DNA of 64,000 bases. Origin: Dendrobates tinctorius (Eukaryota). The notes under the pieces are model-generated. The model did no database searches, was not told the origin of the DNA, and saw only the letters and a program-made list of their open reading frames with translations. Each line of letters starts with the position of its first letter. Positions within the stretch are counted from its first letter, which is position 1. Positions 1 to 13,075 of the stretch are shown piece after piece. The position numbers and the translations under genes were made by a program. The stretch is taken from assembly GCF_039654945.1 (NCBI RefSeq), contig NW_027361917.1, forward strand, positions 9,052,001-9,116,000, given 5' to 3'.

Positions 1-1608
1 TCTGTATTGATGAGGGAAATAGGTCTATAATTAATAATTTGGCTAGTGTCAGAATTTGGTTTTGGGATTACGATAATTGTCGCTTCCAGCATCTCTTTAG
101 GAAATTGACCTGTTTGGAAAGCTGAGTTAAATACTTTGACAAGGTGGGGGGTTAATATATTACTAAAAGACTTGAAATAATCATTACTAAACCCGTCTGG
201 GCCGGGTGATTTGAATGTTTTAAGTTTGTTTATGGTATCTAGGATTTCTTGTTAATTGAAGGGAGAAGACAAAAATGATAAGTCTTCAGGGTTAAGCTTT
301 GGAAGGTTCATGCTGGAAAGAAATGATCCAATCTCTGAGGTAGATGGCTGCATATTGTGGTTGTCTTGGTTGATATTGTACAGATTTTTGTAATAATCGG
401 CAAAAGCTCCTACAATATTTTTAGGGTGGACCAGGGATGTACCATTAGAGGAAGTTATACTGTCAATTCTATTCCGTTTCCGTATATTCTTAATTCTGTT
501 TGACATGTATTTTGAAGGGGCGATTTATAGATAAGTAATGTTTGCATTTTGCTGATCTAATAGCTGAGTCGTAAAAATTGAATATGATTTTCCTTAACTG
601 CAACCTGAGATCAGTAAGTTCTGATAATACAGCTTGTTAGAGGAAACAGAGGATCTTCTTCTTTAGATTTAATAGCCTGTTGTAGGGAAAGGATTTTATC
701 CCTATTTTTTTTTGTCTGGAGGAAATTTGAATCAAGACTCCCCTCAACACCGCCTTGTGAGCATTCCAATAGGTAAACGGATTGAGGAGGCTTGATTCGT
801 TTTCACTTAAATAATTTTGTAAGGCTGAGCTGATTTCAGATTTGATGGTGGGGTTATGAAGCAGAGAGGAGTTGAATTTCCACATGAATTGGGGATGAAT
901 TGGGGACCCTATTATCAGTTCTGCAGTTACCGGGGAATGATCTGAAATAGATTTATTAAGTATGGAGCTGGAGGAGAACCTTGGAAAGGAGAAGACATCT
1001 GTGAGTATCAGATCTATTCTAGATGCCGACTGATGGCCATCAGAAAAATGAGTAAATTCTCTAGATGTGGTGTTCAAACAGCGGAATGAGTCGAATAGCT
1101 CGTGATTATAAATCCAGCTGTTCAAGGATTGCGTTTTTTGTCTGCTGGGAGAGGTGGAGTCTAGTACACCATCTGGCACCATATTAAAGTCCCCTAACAA
1201 AAGTAGGGTTCCTGATCGTAAGGTGTCTAATTTTTTCATTAGCTTATTCAGGAAGCTAATTTGTCTGATGGTGGGAACATAAGTATTAACTATTGCGAAG
1301 GTTTGGCCATTCAATTTGCACAGGAGAATATGATAATGTCCTTTTTCGTCTTTTACTTCAGAAAGCAATTCAAAGGAAATTGAGCTACTAATCAGGGTTA
1401 AAACCCCAGCTTTCTTTCGTAGGCCGCAAGATTCAAATACAAATGGGAAATTTTTGAGATTTATAGAAGGGTGGTTGTCTTTTTTGAACTTGGTTTCTTG
1501 AAGGCATACAACCTCAGGATGCATCCCGTTAATCTCCCTACCAATGGAAAATCTCTTTCAAGGGCTATTTAGCCCCCTGACATTGTGTGATACGAATTTT
1601 ATTTTCAT
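1..1608 (-). pseudogene. L1 ORF2 (APE endonuclease plus start of reverse transcriptase), disrupted
   Basis: ATG at 1608 gives MKIKFVSHNVRGLNSP*. APE motifs CLQET, LLGDFN, SRIDLIL and SDHSPV follow. At 1-210 it reads KSPGPDGF...YRPISLIN (RT domain 0/1). Stops and frameshifts are present. Confidence 0.92.
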
Positions 1609-2038
1609 GTTACAAGAATGGCTGGGTTTGTATGAAGTGGGGTAGGGGAAATGCAGAAACCAGAGTGCACCTGCCTTTGTAGAACTTAGTTGTCCAAAAA
1701 CTTCAAACTATATACCTATTTGAAACCAAAAACAAAAGAGACACAAAAACAATAAGAACAAAATTGTCCTTCGGGACGTGCCGATCCGGAAGGCTCTAAT
1801 TCCTTAGTGGGGAAAGTTTGTGTATGGATCCCATTGGAGGCATCCCTTGGCATAACAACACTATTCCCAGAAAGAAAATAATCTCATGTGATGTCCATAA
1901 AGTAGTAGAGTAGTGACAGAACATTTGGAAAGAAGAATAATAAGAGGTACAGTACAATACATTGACCAAATAATTAAGAAGTGTAGAGAGGCCTTATAAC
2001 AAGGTGAGTAAATATATTGGCCAGGTCTCTCCGTTGGA

Positions 2039-3135
2039 TCATCCCTTCTCTGACGAGGGCCCAGGGTCTTGAGAGTTGGAGATTCTATGGCGGTCAGGTA
2101 TCCTGTAGTAGGACAGGAAATCTCTTCCTTCTTTAGGTGAGAATAGGACGGTCGTCTTTCCTTTGTAGATTATCAAAAGTTTAAGTGGGAAGCCCCATTT
2201 ATAGGGGATATTATTTTCCCTCAAGGTGGAAGTGACTGGCTTAAAAGACAGTCTTCCTTCAATCGTTTCCTTTGAAATAGCTGAAGGTGAGCATAGGGTT
2301 CTGGAAAACCTCCTAGATCTTTAACCGATTGTTGAATTTTTTCCTTAATCTTGAAGAAGTGTACCCTTAAGATGGTATCTCTAGGTAGATCTTTATCAAT
2401 ATTCCATGGTTTGGGAAGTCTGTGGATCCTATCTATGATGAGATCTTCATCTGTAAGTGTTGGTAGTAATTTTTTGAAAATTGTCTTGACGAAGTCTTCT
2501 AGTTTATCCGGTGAGATAGATTCTTGAATTCCTCTTATTTTCAAGTTGTTTCGTCTGTTCCTGTCTTCTATATCCGCAACTTAAATTTTTAGTCTGTGAA
2601 ATTCAGATTTGAGGTCATGGGTGTCTTTTGATAAATCATCAGTGTGTTCTTCCACTACAGTTAGCCGTTTTTCGTGGTTGTTTAACCTGCTGCTAAATTT
2701 ATCCAAGGTGGACTGTAAAACTTTATTTTGGTTTTCAAATGATTGAGACATACTGGACGTGATTTTCTAGGTGAGAGTATCCATGTAAGAGTGTATGGAT
2801 ATAACATCCAGATTTTGGGAAGGAGAAGGATTGGTGTTATCCATCTTAAATTTTGACCTTTCCGGTGAAAAGTTTTGTGAATTACCTCCAGACTCAGGAC
2901 TTGAAGCGTCGGCTGGCGATGTGAATTTTTCAGAAGTTTTACCAGGATTTTTCCTTTTTGATGAGAGAGATGTATCCATGACCTCTTTATGAGGAGATCT
3001 GGCCTTAAATGGGTTAACGATATCCACTTGATCATTAAAGTGAGGATTGTAAGAATCCTGAAATTTTTGTGCTTTTTGAGGAGTCGTATTAGACACTTTC
3101 GTTGATTTGGACACTGGAATAGCCCTGTGACTCAT
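2039..3135 (-). pseudogene. L1 ORF1 (coiled-coil/RRM/CTD, transposase_22-like), frameshifted
   Basis: Fragments 2767..3135, 2221..2544 (KIRGIQE...IIDRIHRL...PRDTILRVHFF) and 2039..2224 (NIPYKWGFPLKL) carry L1 ORF1p motifs. Confidence 0.85.
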
Positions 3136-5768
3136 CTTGTGCCCTTTTTTGAATCCTGCCTTGCAGGGATTATATTAGAGAGAATTGATATTATTGGTGA
3201 TGTTTATACTGAATAAACGTTAAAAATATAGAAAATTCTTGTGTCTTCCTATGCCTTTTTATAAAAAGGACCATGAGGAATGAGAGACACCACAGAATCA
3301 GATGGCACTTTTAATATTGTATGATGCATATAGTAAAATCCTTTATTAACTGTGCGCCGATATAGACGCGCTCCCTGTGACTTTAAATGCAGCTGTGACA
3401 GGCGGCTAGTCTTCACACAGGGCTCAGTGACGTCAGTCCACGCTCATAAAAGATGCAACAGGGGAGCCGGCAGCTGATACACGGCACCGCTGAAGAAAGG
3501 CAGATCACCCCAGTGGAGCCGCACAGGAGCGGTGGGGAGCGGAGGTAACATAGAAATAGGCACAAATCAAGGACTATTTTATGTCCTTCCGCCTCACAGA
3601 TCTGTTATGACAGGAAAATGGCGTACTTGAGATAGGACGTTGAGATGAAAGAGATCCCTCCACAGCCGTTATAGCTCCCGCAGCCTCGCACAAAGCAGGG
3701 GAATATAGCTAAATTAGGACACCCTGGGACTTCCAAAGGGTCTAAAACAGACAAGAGGAGATTCCAAAAAAAAAAAGTCAATGTCTTTTAATTATGCAAC
3801 GAGAGAAATCCTGTCAGATTAGGCACAGGGTGGGGACTATTTTGTATCCTTCCGTCAATCAGCTGGTATATGACAGGATTTTTGTAAAAAAAATATCTCC
3901 AAAAGACAATAAAAATCTTTAAAATGTGGTAGACAAGCGTGGAGATACTTTTTCTGAGGACAAGGACAGCCGGTGGGTAATGGAGGGAGCAGGGAAAGGA
4001 CTTTCACTCACGGTTCAAAATGGTGTCACCTTGCAGTAAAATGGCAGGAAAAGGCCTCAGATTTCAAAAATGTATTTTTTAATGTCCAAAGCTCAGACAC
4101 GGGGAATCAGAATGTACCTCTGAGTAATGAGAAAACAATCCTTCCGTGGGTTATCAAAGAGAGTGATTTTCTTTTGCTTTATTTGTCACTTTAGGAGATG
4201 CCTCCTCAGAGATACTGAGCCGTGTGTGTTACACCATCACCAGCTCAAGCCACGCCCCCCACTTACATGTCAATTTTGAAGCTCCAAGTATGCTGCATCC
4301 TGTACATTATAAAAGGTATCGTCGCTTGACAGTTTCACTATCAGGAGGCACAGAGCTTTGTGGTTACACCACCAGAAGTTATTCAGTTCCACAGGTACAA
4401 GGATCTACCTGAGCTGCATTTTTGACCCAGTTAGTGGTTTCCACCTGCCATATACACATTCCAACAGCCTTGGTTTCTGGGTGGTTAATGTGGGCCATTT
4501 TGTAGTATGTCACATGTGGAGCAGTCCACAACTACTCTCTTCACACAGTCTCTTCACACATCTTCTGGTACAGACCACTGTCTATAAAACCATGGGACAA
4601 TTTATCATCACATGGCTAGCTATCTCAATAGTCCTACTCAACAATTAATTTCAATGTTATACTTTGGTAAGGATAGTTGTAATTATACTTCTTGGCTCAT
4701 TTCCACCACCCCCCATATTCCATTTAGAATGATATAATCCAGAGCTAGAGTCACAGTTATGTTGGTTGTTACTGCAATAAATTTAACAAGCAGGGGCCTA
4801 ACTAAAATGAGTGCAGTGGTTGCAGTATCAATCGGGTCTTGAAGTATAGGGCGACCCAAAAGGTCCTTTTGTACCATATGAAATTACCAATATTATATAA
4901 GGAGTTATCCAGGACTATTTATTTTTTTACTATGAGCCTTAGTACTAACAGGGAGGTAGTTGCCTCTGCTGGAATAGGCCGGTCCTGCCAGCAATTGATC
5001 AGCTTCCGGTAATGTCACATTGACAGAGCAGGAGCTTCCCTTCCGCCATTCTCTGCTGACAGGGCATGACTACCGACATCATGCTGATTGACAACAGGCT
5101 CCCCCCTGCCTTAGTGTGGAGAGCTGGCTGTCAATTAGCATGACATTGGCTGTCACACCTAATCAATGATGAAGCAGGGAAGAAGAAAAGCTGAAGTGAA
5201 GCAGAGAGGTAGTTGCCTCTTCAAGCAAATACCTACCCTTTTGTTTTTGGGCCCATAGTAGAAAATAATTTGTCCTGGACAGCTCATTTATAGACTAATG
5301 TGATTTAGAAGTCATAAACTTGAAGTTATGCCAGTGTTGACAAATACAATTAAAGTGTATTCCTATATACAGTGTAATGCATTTGTAGGATTACTGTACA
5401 TGTACAGCACTCCATCTTCCAGAATGAAAATCACCTGCCCCATACAAACATTTAGCCAGCTAAGAATGCCAGGAAAGCTTTAGCTTTGAAGAGTAATACT
5501 GCAGAATTGTAATTCAACCAGTCCGTCACCACATTTAAGTCATAAGTAGTTTTCAATTTACTGAGGAAGATTTATGATCATTGCCCTACTTCTGTATGAA
5601 AACTTACGGGGTAAGGTGGTTCGATGGTCTCTCCAAGTATCCAGAGCCCAAAACAAATGCCCTCCCATTAGACCCCCAACCCAGTACATCCTTGCTTAGA
5701 CACAGGTGTTTTATAACTGCAGGGTGTACTGTATTATAATTGTGCCCCTGTAACAGAATAAATCTATA

Positions 5769-7397
5769 CAATGAAGAAAACAATTATTTGATCCCTTGCT
5801 GATTTTGCAAGTTTGCCCACTGACAAAGACATGAGCAGTCTATAATTTTAAGAGTTGGTTAGTTTTAACATTGAGAGATAGAATATCAAAAATAAAATCC
5901 AGAAAATCAGATTGTATAAATTATATATATAAATTATTATATATATTATATATATTATATATTATATATATTATAAATATAAATTATTATATATATTATA
6001 ATTTGCATTTTGCAGTGAGAAATAAGTATTTTATCCCCTACCAACCATTAAGAGTTCTGTCTCCTACAGACCAGTTAGATGCTCCTAATCAACTCGTTAC
6101 CTGCATTAAAGACAGCTGTCTTGCATAGTCACATTTACAAAAGACTACTGTCCACAGACTCAATTAATCAGTCAGACTCTAACCTCTACAACATAGACAA
6201 GACCAAAGAGCTTTCTAAGGATGTCAGAGACAAGATCATAGACCTGCGCAAAGCAAGAATGGGCTACAAAGCTATAAGAAAGATGCTGGGTTAAAAGGAG
6301 ACAACTGTTGGTGCAATAGTAAGAAAATGGATGAAATACAAAATGACTGTCGATCGACATCGATCTGGGGCACCATGCAAAATCTCACCCCGTGGGGCAT
6401 CCTTGATCATGAGGAAGGTGAGATATCAGCCTAAAACTCCATGGGAGGAGCTTGTTATTGATCTCAAGGCAACTGGGACCACAGTCACCAAGAAAACCAT
6501 TGGTAACACATTACGCCGTAAAGGTTTAAAGTCCTGCAGTGCCCGCAAGGTCCCCCTGCACATGTGCAGGCCCATCTGAAGTTTGCCAATGAACACCTGA
6601 ATGATTCTGTGAGTGATTGGGAGAAGGTACTGTTGTCAGATGAGACAAAAATTGAGCTATTTGGCATTAACTCAACTCGCTGTGCTTGGAGGAAGAGAAA
6701 TGTTGCCTATGCCCCAAAGAACACCTTCCCCACTGTCAAGTATGGAGGTGGAAACATTATGTTTTGGGGTGTTTATCTGCTAAGGGCATAGGACTACTTC
6801 ACCGCATCAATGGGAGTATGGATGGAGCCATGTACCGCAAAATCCTGAGTGACAACCTGCTTCCCTCCGCCAGGACACTAAAAATGGGTCGTGGCTGGGT
6901 CTTCCAGCAAGACAATGACCCAAAACATACAGCCAAGGTAACAAAGGAGTGGCTCAAAAATAAGCACATTAAGGTCATGGAGTGGCCTAGTCTCCAGACC
7001 TTAGTCGCAGAGAAAACTTATGGAGGGGTTGAAGCTCCGAGTTGCCAAGCGACAGCCTCAAAATCTTAATGATTTAGTGATGATCTGCAAAGAGGAGTGG
7101 ACCAAAATTCCTCCTGACATGTGCGCAAACCTCATCATCAACTACAAAAAAACATCTGACTGCTGTGCTTGCCAACAGGGGTTTTTCCACCAAGTATTAA
7201 GTCTTGTTTGCCAGAGGCATCAAATACTTATTTCTCACTGCAAAATGCAGTTAAATGTATATTATTTACACAATTAAAATTAATTAAATTTAATTTTAAT
7301 TTAAAATTAATTAATTAAAATTATAGACTGTTCATGTCTTTGTCAGAGGGCAAACTTGCAAAATCAGCAAGGGATCAAATAATTATTTCCTTCACTG
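5769..7397 (+). mobile_element. Tc1/mariner DNA transposon, family 1, long IR/DR-type TIRs, defective
   Basis: TA flanks both ends. The TIR CA(G/A)TGAAG(G/A)AAA(T/C)AATTATTTGATCCC is mirrored at 7371-7397. Transposase remnants lie inside. Confidence 0.93.
6193..7200 (+). pseudogene. Tc1 transposase pseudogene (DD34E type)
   Basis: [27 protein letters not shown] and FQQDNDPKH motifs are spread over frameshifted ORFs. The start ATG is mutated to ATA (the copy at 51962 retains ATG). Confidence 0.92.
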
Positions 7398-10217
7398 TAT
7401 ATGGAGGTTCTTATTTGGGATTATTATTGTATTAGTAATTTATTCTTTTCATGCAAATATTTATTTTCTAACTTTTTAAGTATTAGAATATTGTATCTGA
7501 TGGGAACAGATCTCTGATGCTCCCTCAGTGATCACAAGATCACAGTAGACTACCATGTCCTTTTGGATCCATTAGTCTTTTCCTTGGAATGGTGCTGTTG
7601 GGCCATCATAGGTTCTTCACTGTAGCAATCGCCTGTCCTTAGAATCTGGTTCTTTCCTAATGTTCTCACATCAGTAAATGGATTTTTAGAAGCAAAGTGC
7701 CAGTGTACTTATGATGACAATTACCCTTCAGTTAAATTTAGGTGACAGATTCAAGTGACAGTGACACCTCTGGTATAAATTCCTCTTTATGGCAAGGTGC
7801 CCGCCTTACAATACCCGTGTTTATTTCCCAGATAAGGATGGGAAATGTGCAGTCAGGAGACGTTATCACTTCCTAGATAAATACAATCACAACTATTTTA
7901 AGTGGCGCTAAAGTGCACGGGAGAAATAACAGCGGCGGAGCAAGTCACCCTGACACTGAGCCTCGCCATGCAGCTGGCACAATGTGCAGCTCCTCTATTG
8001 CTCCGCTATACAATATACATGAGGATCATTCCTGCTCTGATGAATTTATTTGCAGGACAGGAACATTAAAGGTGGAACGTGAACACACTCAGGAATGGAA
8101 TCCTGATCCTGATCACAGAGGAGCCAAACCTACACAGACCATACATAATGCAGTGGCATAAGACACATTCCTATGGCAGGGATTTCTGTATCCATGGGTG
8201 AAGTATCTCCCTATCTCTTTCACAATGAGCAGGCGAATGAGATCAGTTGCAGCACAGCTCTCTTTAAGACCAAGAAGGATCCTCCTCCCTCCATGTCTCT
8301 CTACCTCTCCTGTGCAGGGGCTGTAAATTACTGTCAGCCTGGCAGTGGCTGCTGCCCTTATCTCCCACCTCATCCAGCCTCTCCTTATTATATACATCTA
8401 TTTCTTCGTCCCTCTGCTGAGCTTCAGGAAAAGCTGCAAATGTATTAAACAGTCAAGCAGGGCTGCTGCAGCAGAAAAGTTGGCCCCCATTCATCTTGTA
8501 TAGTCTTATTATCCCATTCATTGCAGTTGACAGTGGAGGACCTGCAAAACCTTCTTCATTCTTTCTTCTTGTGTTTCTCTTGTATGGACCCTCCTCACCT
8601 CTGGCCAGTTCAGGTTCTTATCCACCTGCTGTATCTGCTGTATATTGGGGCTCATTGCTGATTATTATTGCTGTGCATTTTGGCACCCTCAACCAACAAG
8701 TCCAAGACTGAATCCTATCACATCCATGGATCAGATGGAGCAGCTATTCCAGAATTAACTTTTAGCCACTGCTGTGAGGTTCTTCACCTTGCTAAGGTAA
8801 GACCCCCCCCCCTTGTCATTGAGTCCAATGTATGCTGTATACCCCCATTGTACCTGTATGCTGCAGTCTATGTGTCAGCATTGCATATGATGGATCAGGG
8901 CTTCATGCAGTTGGTAATGCAGCACATACAGTAGGTTATTTATTAGAGAGAAGTTAATATGCTGCCTGCATCTGAGCGCCCAGCCTATTTGTGCAAGGAA
9001 CTGTAATGTCACAGGCAGCCCAGCATCCCCAGGACTGTGGATCAATGTATGTGACCACTCAGGATTCCCTTCATGAGACTACTGCAGGTTGTGAGCAGCA
9101 CTACTGCATCAGGGTGTTACTAATACATCACTTACATGGATGGTTATTTAGTCCATGATTGGATTGTGGGGATTTGTTTCAAAGCACTTGCTACAAAAAC
9201 TTTTATATTTATGTTGGAGGAAGAACTTTGTTGCAAAATTCCCTGTTTTTGTCAACAAAGGTCAATCTGTATTTCTCCTGCAAACTTATTAGTAACTGCA
9301 GGAGTCAGACTGGTCCCTTTAGTCTTCCTCCTTTTAGCCTTTCCTTATTTGCTCCTGTATTTGTACCTTCTAAATATGTGGGATATGATGGGCTTTCTCT
9401 AAAGTGTAACACTTAACCCCAAGAAAGTCTTCCTGGCACAGCAGGTTGCCATGAGCTGGATGCTGGCGTGAAGCACAGCAATGCCTAAAAGTAAACTTTT
9501 GCCTGATCTTGCTTCTTTAGATTGTAAGCTCTTCTGGGCAATGATCTCTGCGGTTGTATCATTCCAGAAGTTGTTTTGCTTTGATAATTGTTTACTATCT
9601 TGAAGTTCCTTTACATTCTTTATTGCCTTATGTTTTATTTTATTGAGATCCGCACAATGTGATGGCGCTGTACAATTATTGTTAAATATAAATTTTTAAT
9701 GTAAAGGATATATGGTAATATAAATGTTGTAAATGGTTTACTAACTCTAGTAATAACAGAGAGTATATTGTAATACGGATATAAAAAAGTCTACAAATGT
9801 ATAATAATATACAAATTGCTTCAGTAATTCTTGCATAGTGATACAAGAATGGTTTACGCTGTCTACGTATTGCGAAATGATTTGCAGGATAAGGAATTCT
9901 ACAATAAATCTTTATTTTGCATATAAAGAGGCAGGAGGCATGGACAAAGACACATTGTTCTTTACACTTAGCATAATTGCCTGTTTGATGATCCTTTTTC
10001 CCGGAGAATGTCGACAATCTTCCTGTGTTCCCTGGGGAAATCATTGGAACAAAATCCATTCACTCTATCACTTACTAGAAATGCAAACCTGCCCCTATGT
10101 GTACGGCTATGGAAGCTTTTTTTTTTTGTATGAGAAGGCTAGTTATGATATCATCAACATATGCATTATAGGTAGATAAATCTGACTTTATGGACACCAA
10201 GATAAAATAAAATCTTA

Positions 10218-10801
10218 CGCCCCCATCACACACAGCGACATCGCTGCTGAGTCACAAGTTTTGATGCAACAGCGATCTCACCAGCGATATCACTGTATGT
10301 GACACCTATCAGCAACCGCCCCCCCCCCGCCGGGTATCGCTGATCGTGCTCGAAAGCCCTGGACATTTTTTTGATTGTTGGTCTCCCGCTGGCCAGCACG
10401 CATCACTGCGTGTGGCAGGTGGTAGACCAGTGATCAACGAGCTGGAGCTGGTATAAACCGCAGGTAACTAAGGGAGCGTGTCACTTAGTTACCCGCTGTG
10501 TACTTAGATACCAGCGTGCTGGTGCTGGGAGCTGGTATCTAAGGTAAACAGCAGGTTTCTAAGCACCGCGCGGCGCTTAGAAACCCACTGTTTACCTTGA
10601 TACCAGCTCCCTGCACCAGCACGCTGGTATCTAAGTACACAGCAGGTAACTAAGTGACATGCACGCTTGTTACCCGCGTCGTCGCTGTCCTGATCGCTGC
10701 TGAGATCTGTCTGTTTGGCAGCTCACCAGCGATCATGTAGCGACACACCAACAAGGTAATATCGTCGGGATCGCTGGTGCGTCGCTATGTGTGACGGGGC
10801 C
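10218..10801. mobile_element. PIF/Harbinger-type MITE with internal nested palindrome
   Basis: TTA flanks, inverted termini (..CCCCATCACACACAGCGAC / GTCGCTATGTGTGACGGGGCC), and homology to the MITEs at 11985, 46157 and 53184. Confidence 0.8.
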
Positions 10802-11984
10802 TTATCCTGCTTTAATTGAACAGCAGTGAATAGGTCGAGCAATATAGAAATCTGCCTACTGGAAACATAATAGATGGTGGCACCTAATATCAACCAGAAC
10901 CGAGTTCAGCTACAATGAGTGTGTCTTACTCTGGAGGTGCTGGCATAGCAAAGCATTATATGGATGGCACATTCATTTCTTTGGACAAGGTGTACTACCT
11001 TATTTGTCCTGTGGCGTCACTGTGTGGGAAATTGAGCACTTGGTGCTATCTTCCCTCCGCAGATTGTAGTTGATTATTTTGGGTTTCCAGCATTATGACA
11101 CTACATGATCTCAATTCACAATATCTTTGAGACGGGTATGTTAATATACCATAAGTGTCTTGGACCATAATATCGCTTTTACCCGTTACTAGTAATGAAG
11201 AAAATTAACACAAAAGACAAAATAAAGATTTCTTGGTATTTCTATGAAAGTATGACACCCCACTAAAACGGAGGCTGGATTTGCACATGCAGTTTTTGAT
11301 ATGTAGGGTATGTTTTTAGAGCAGGTAGAGTAGATACAAAAGAGAGTTGACATATCAGTCTGTCCCTTATATTTTTTTCTAGCCACTTTTGTTTTGGGCT
11401 CAAAAACTGCATATGTGATTCCAGCCTAAGAATAATTTCACATGTTAGTATGATGGTCAGTATTTTACATCATTACCTGTAACCCAAGACCAGGCGTGAA
11501 ATCTACAGAGAGAAGTATAAGAAAAAAAAATTTTGCTTACAATTAAGAAGCAAAATTTTAACCAAAATTTTCAGCTCTGGTCACAAAATTCAGTCAGTCC
11601 TTGGCCAGTAAAATTGCAAACTTTTTCACAATAGCCACTGGAGCTATCAGAATTCACTGTAATTTCCTGCAGCTCAGTATTCAGCTTTGCCGTGTAGACT
11701 TGGACAGGGTCAGAAGAGCCATCTTGTGATCATTAGAAGGAAAACAATTTACCATTTAATTGATGCCAATATGTCTTTTTTACAGTAACCATACAGAGGC
11801 TTTATTCTACAGAACCATGCTTTTAAAAACCATTTAGCCATTAAGTGAGACCACTGCATTATTTCAAGAGATTCCATCTTTTCATTAGGTCACCAGTTTT
11901 CCCAGTGATTAAAGGACTGAGGATCCCCAGTATAGTTAGCCATGGGGACCTAAAACTGTACCCAGCACTGTCACTGCACACTAA

Positions 11985-13075
11985 AGGGGGTTTTACACAC
12001 AGCGATATCGCTAGCAATATCGCTAAAACGTCACTGATTTTGCGACGTTATAGCGATATTGCTAGCGATATCGCTATGTGTGATACTTAATCATAGAATC
12101 ATAGAATCGTAGAGTTGGAAGGGACCTCCTGGGCCATTTGGTCCAACCCCCTGCTCAAAGCAGGATTCGCTAAATCATTCCAGTCAGATGTCTGTCCAGC
12201 CTCTGTTTGAAGACATCCATTGAAGGAGAACTCACCACTTCTCGTGGCAGCTTGTTCCACTCATTGATCACTCTATCTGTCAAAAAGTTTTTTCTAATAT
12301 CTAATCTGTGTCTCCTCCCATTCAGTTTCATCCCATTGCTTCTAGTCTTTCCTTGTGCAAATGAGAATAAAGTTGATCCTTCTACAATGTGACAGCCCTT
12401 GAGATATTTGTAGACAGCTATTAAGTCTCCTCTCAGTCTTCTCTTTTGCAAACTAAACAATCCCAAATCCTGCAACCTTTCCTCATAAGACAGGGTTTGC
12501 AGACCGGTCACCATTCTGGTTGCTCTTTTCTGAACTTGCTCCAGTTTGTTGATGTCTTTTTGAAAATGTGGTGCCCAAAACTGGACACAATATTCCAGAT
12601 GAGGTCTGACCAAAGAGGAGTAGAGGGAAATAATGGCTTCACGTGATCTAGACTGTATGCTTCTGTTAATACATCCTAGAATTGCATTTGCTTTTTTTGC
12701 TGCTGCATCACACTGTTGACTCATATTCAGTTTGTGATCTATTAGTATACCCAAGTCTTTTTCACATGTGCTGTTACCTCTGACCGGCTCCCCCGCTGTC
12801 CATCGCTGATCGCGCGAGATCGGGCGGCTCCATTTCTCGTCGGGCACTTCCTGCTGGGCTTCCTGCTGTGTGACGACGAGCGACACGTGGAGGCGGGCAG
12901 GTGGACATCAGGATCGCTGTGTGTGAAAGGTATCGTGTGCTGCGTCGCTGCGGCATCGCTGTGAGATCTTTCTGTGTGAAAGCTCACTAGCGATCATTTA
13001 GCGATGCACCAGCGATCCTGACCGGGTCGTATCGCTGGTCGGATCGCTGGTGCATCGCTAAATGTAAAAGGGCCT
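11985..13075. mobile_element. Harbinger-type MITE interrupted by a CR1 insertion
   Basis: TAA TSD and AGCGATATCGCT subterminal palindromes. The uninterrupted sequence GATACTTACC is seen in the sister copy at ~46245. Confidence 0.8.
12090..12775 (-). mobile_element. CR1 LINE 3' fragment (ORF2 C-terminus plus ATTCTATG tail)
   Basis: CEKDLGILID...LVRPHLEYCVQFW...RRLRGDLI motifs and the CR1 octamer tail (CATAGAAT repeats on the + strand). Confidence 0.93.

Larger units (their letters stand above)
1..4260 (-). mobile_element. L1-clade LINE, 5' end intact, decayed, continues beyond the left edge of the window
   Basis: On the minus strand it begins GGGGGGCGTGGC at 4260, followed by a ~1.1 kb 5'UTR, ORF1 pieces, an intergenic spacer, then ORF2 with an APE endonuclease and the start of RT. 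Confidence 0.88.

Noticed and set aside
4896-5290. Additional degraded TTAA-type and Harbinger-type MITEs (also near 13217, 19304, 20818, 23370, 23870, 24545, 40300, 44938)
   Set aside because: They are likely real repeats, but the ends are too decayed to give supported boundaries.
11985-12085. AGCGATATCGCT palindromes as operator sites
   Set aside because: They are subterminal motifs of a MITE family present several times in the window.
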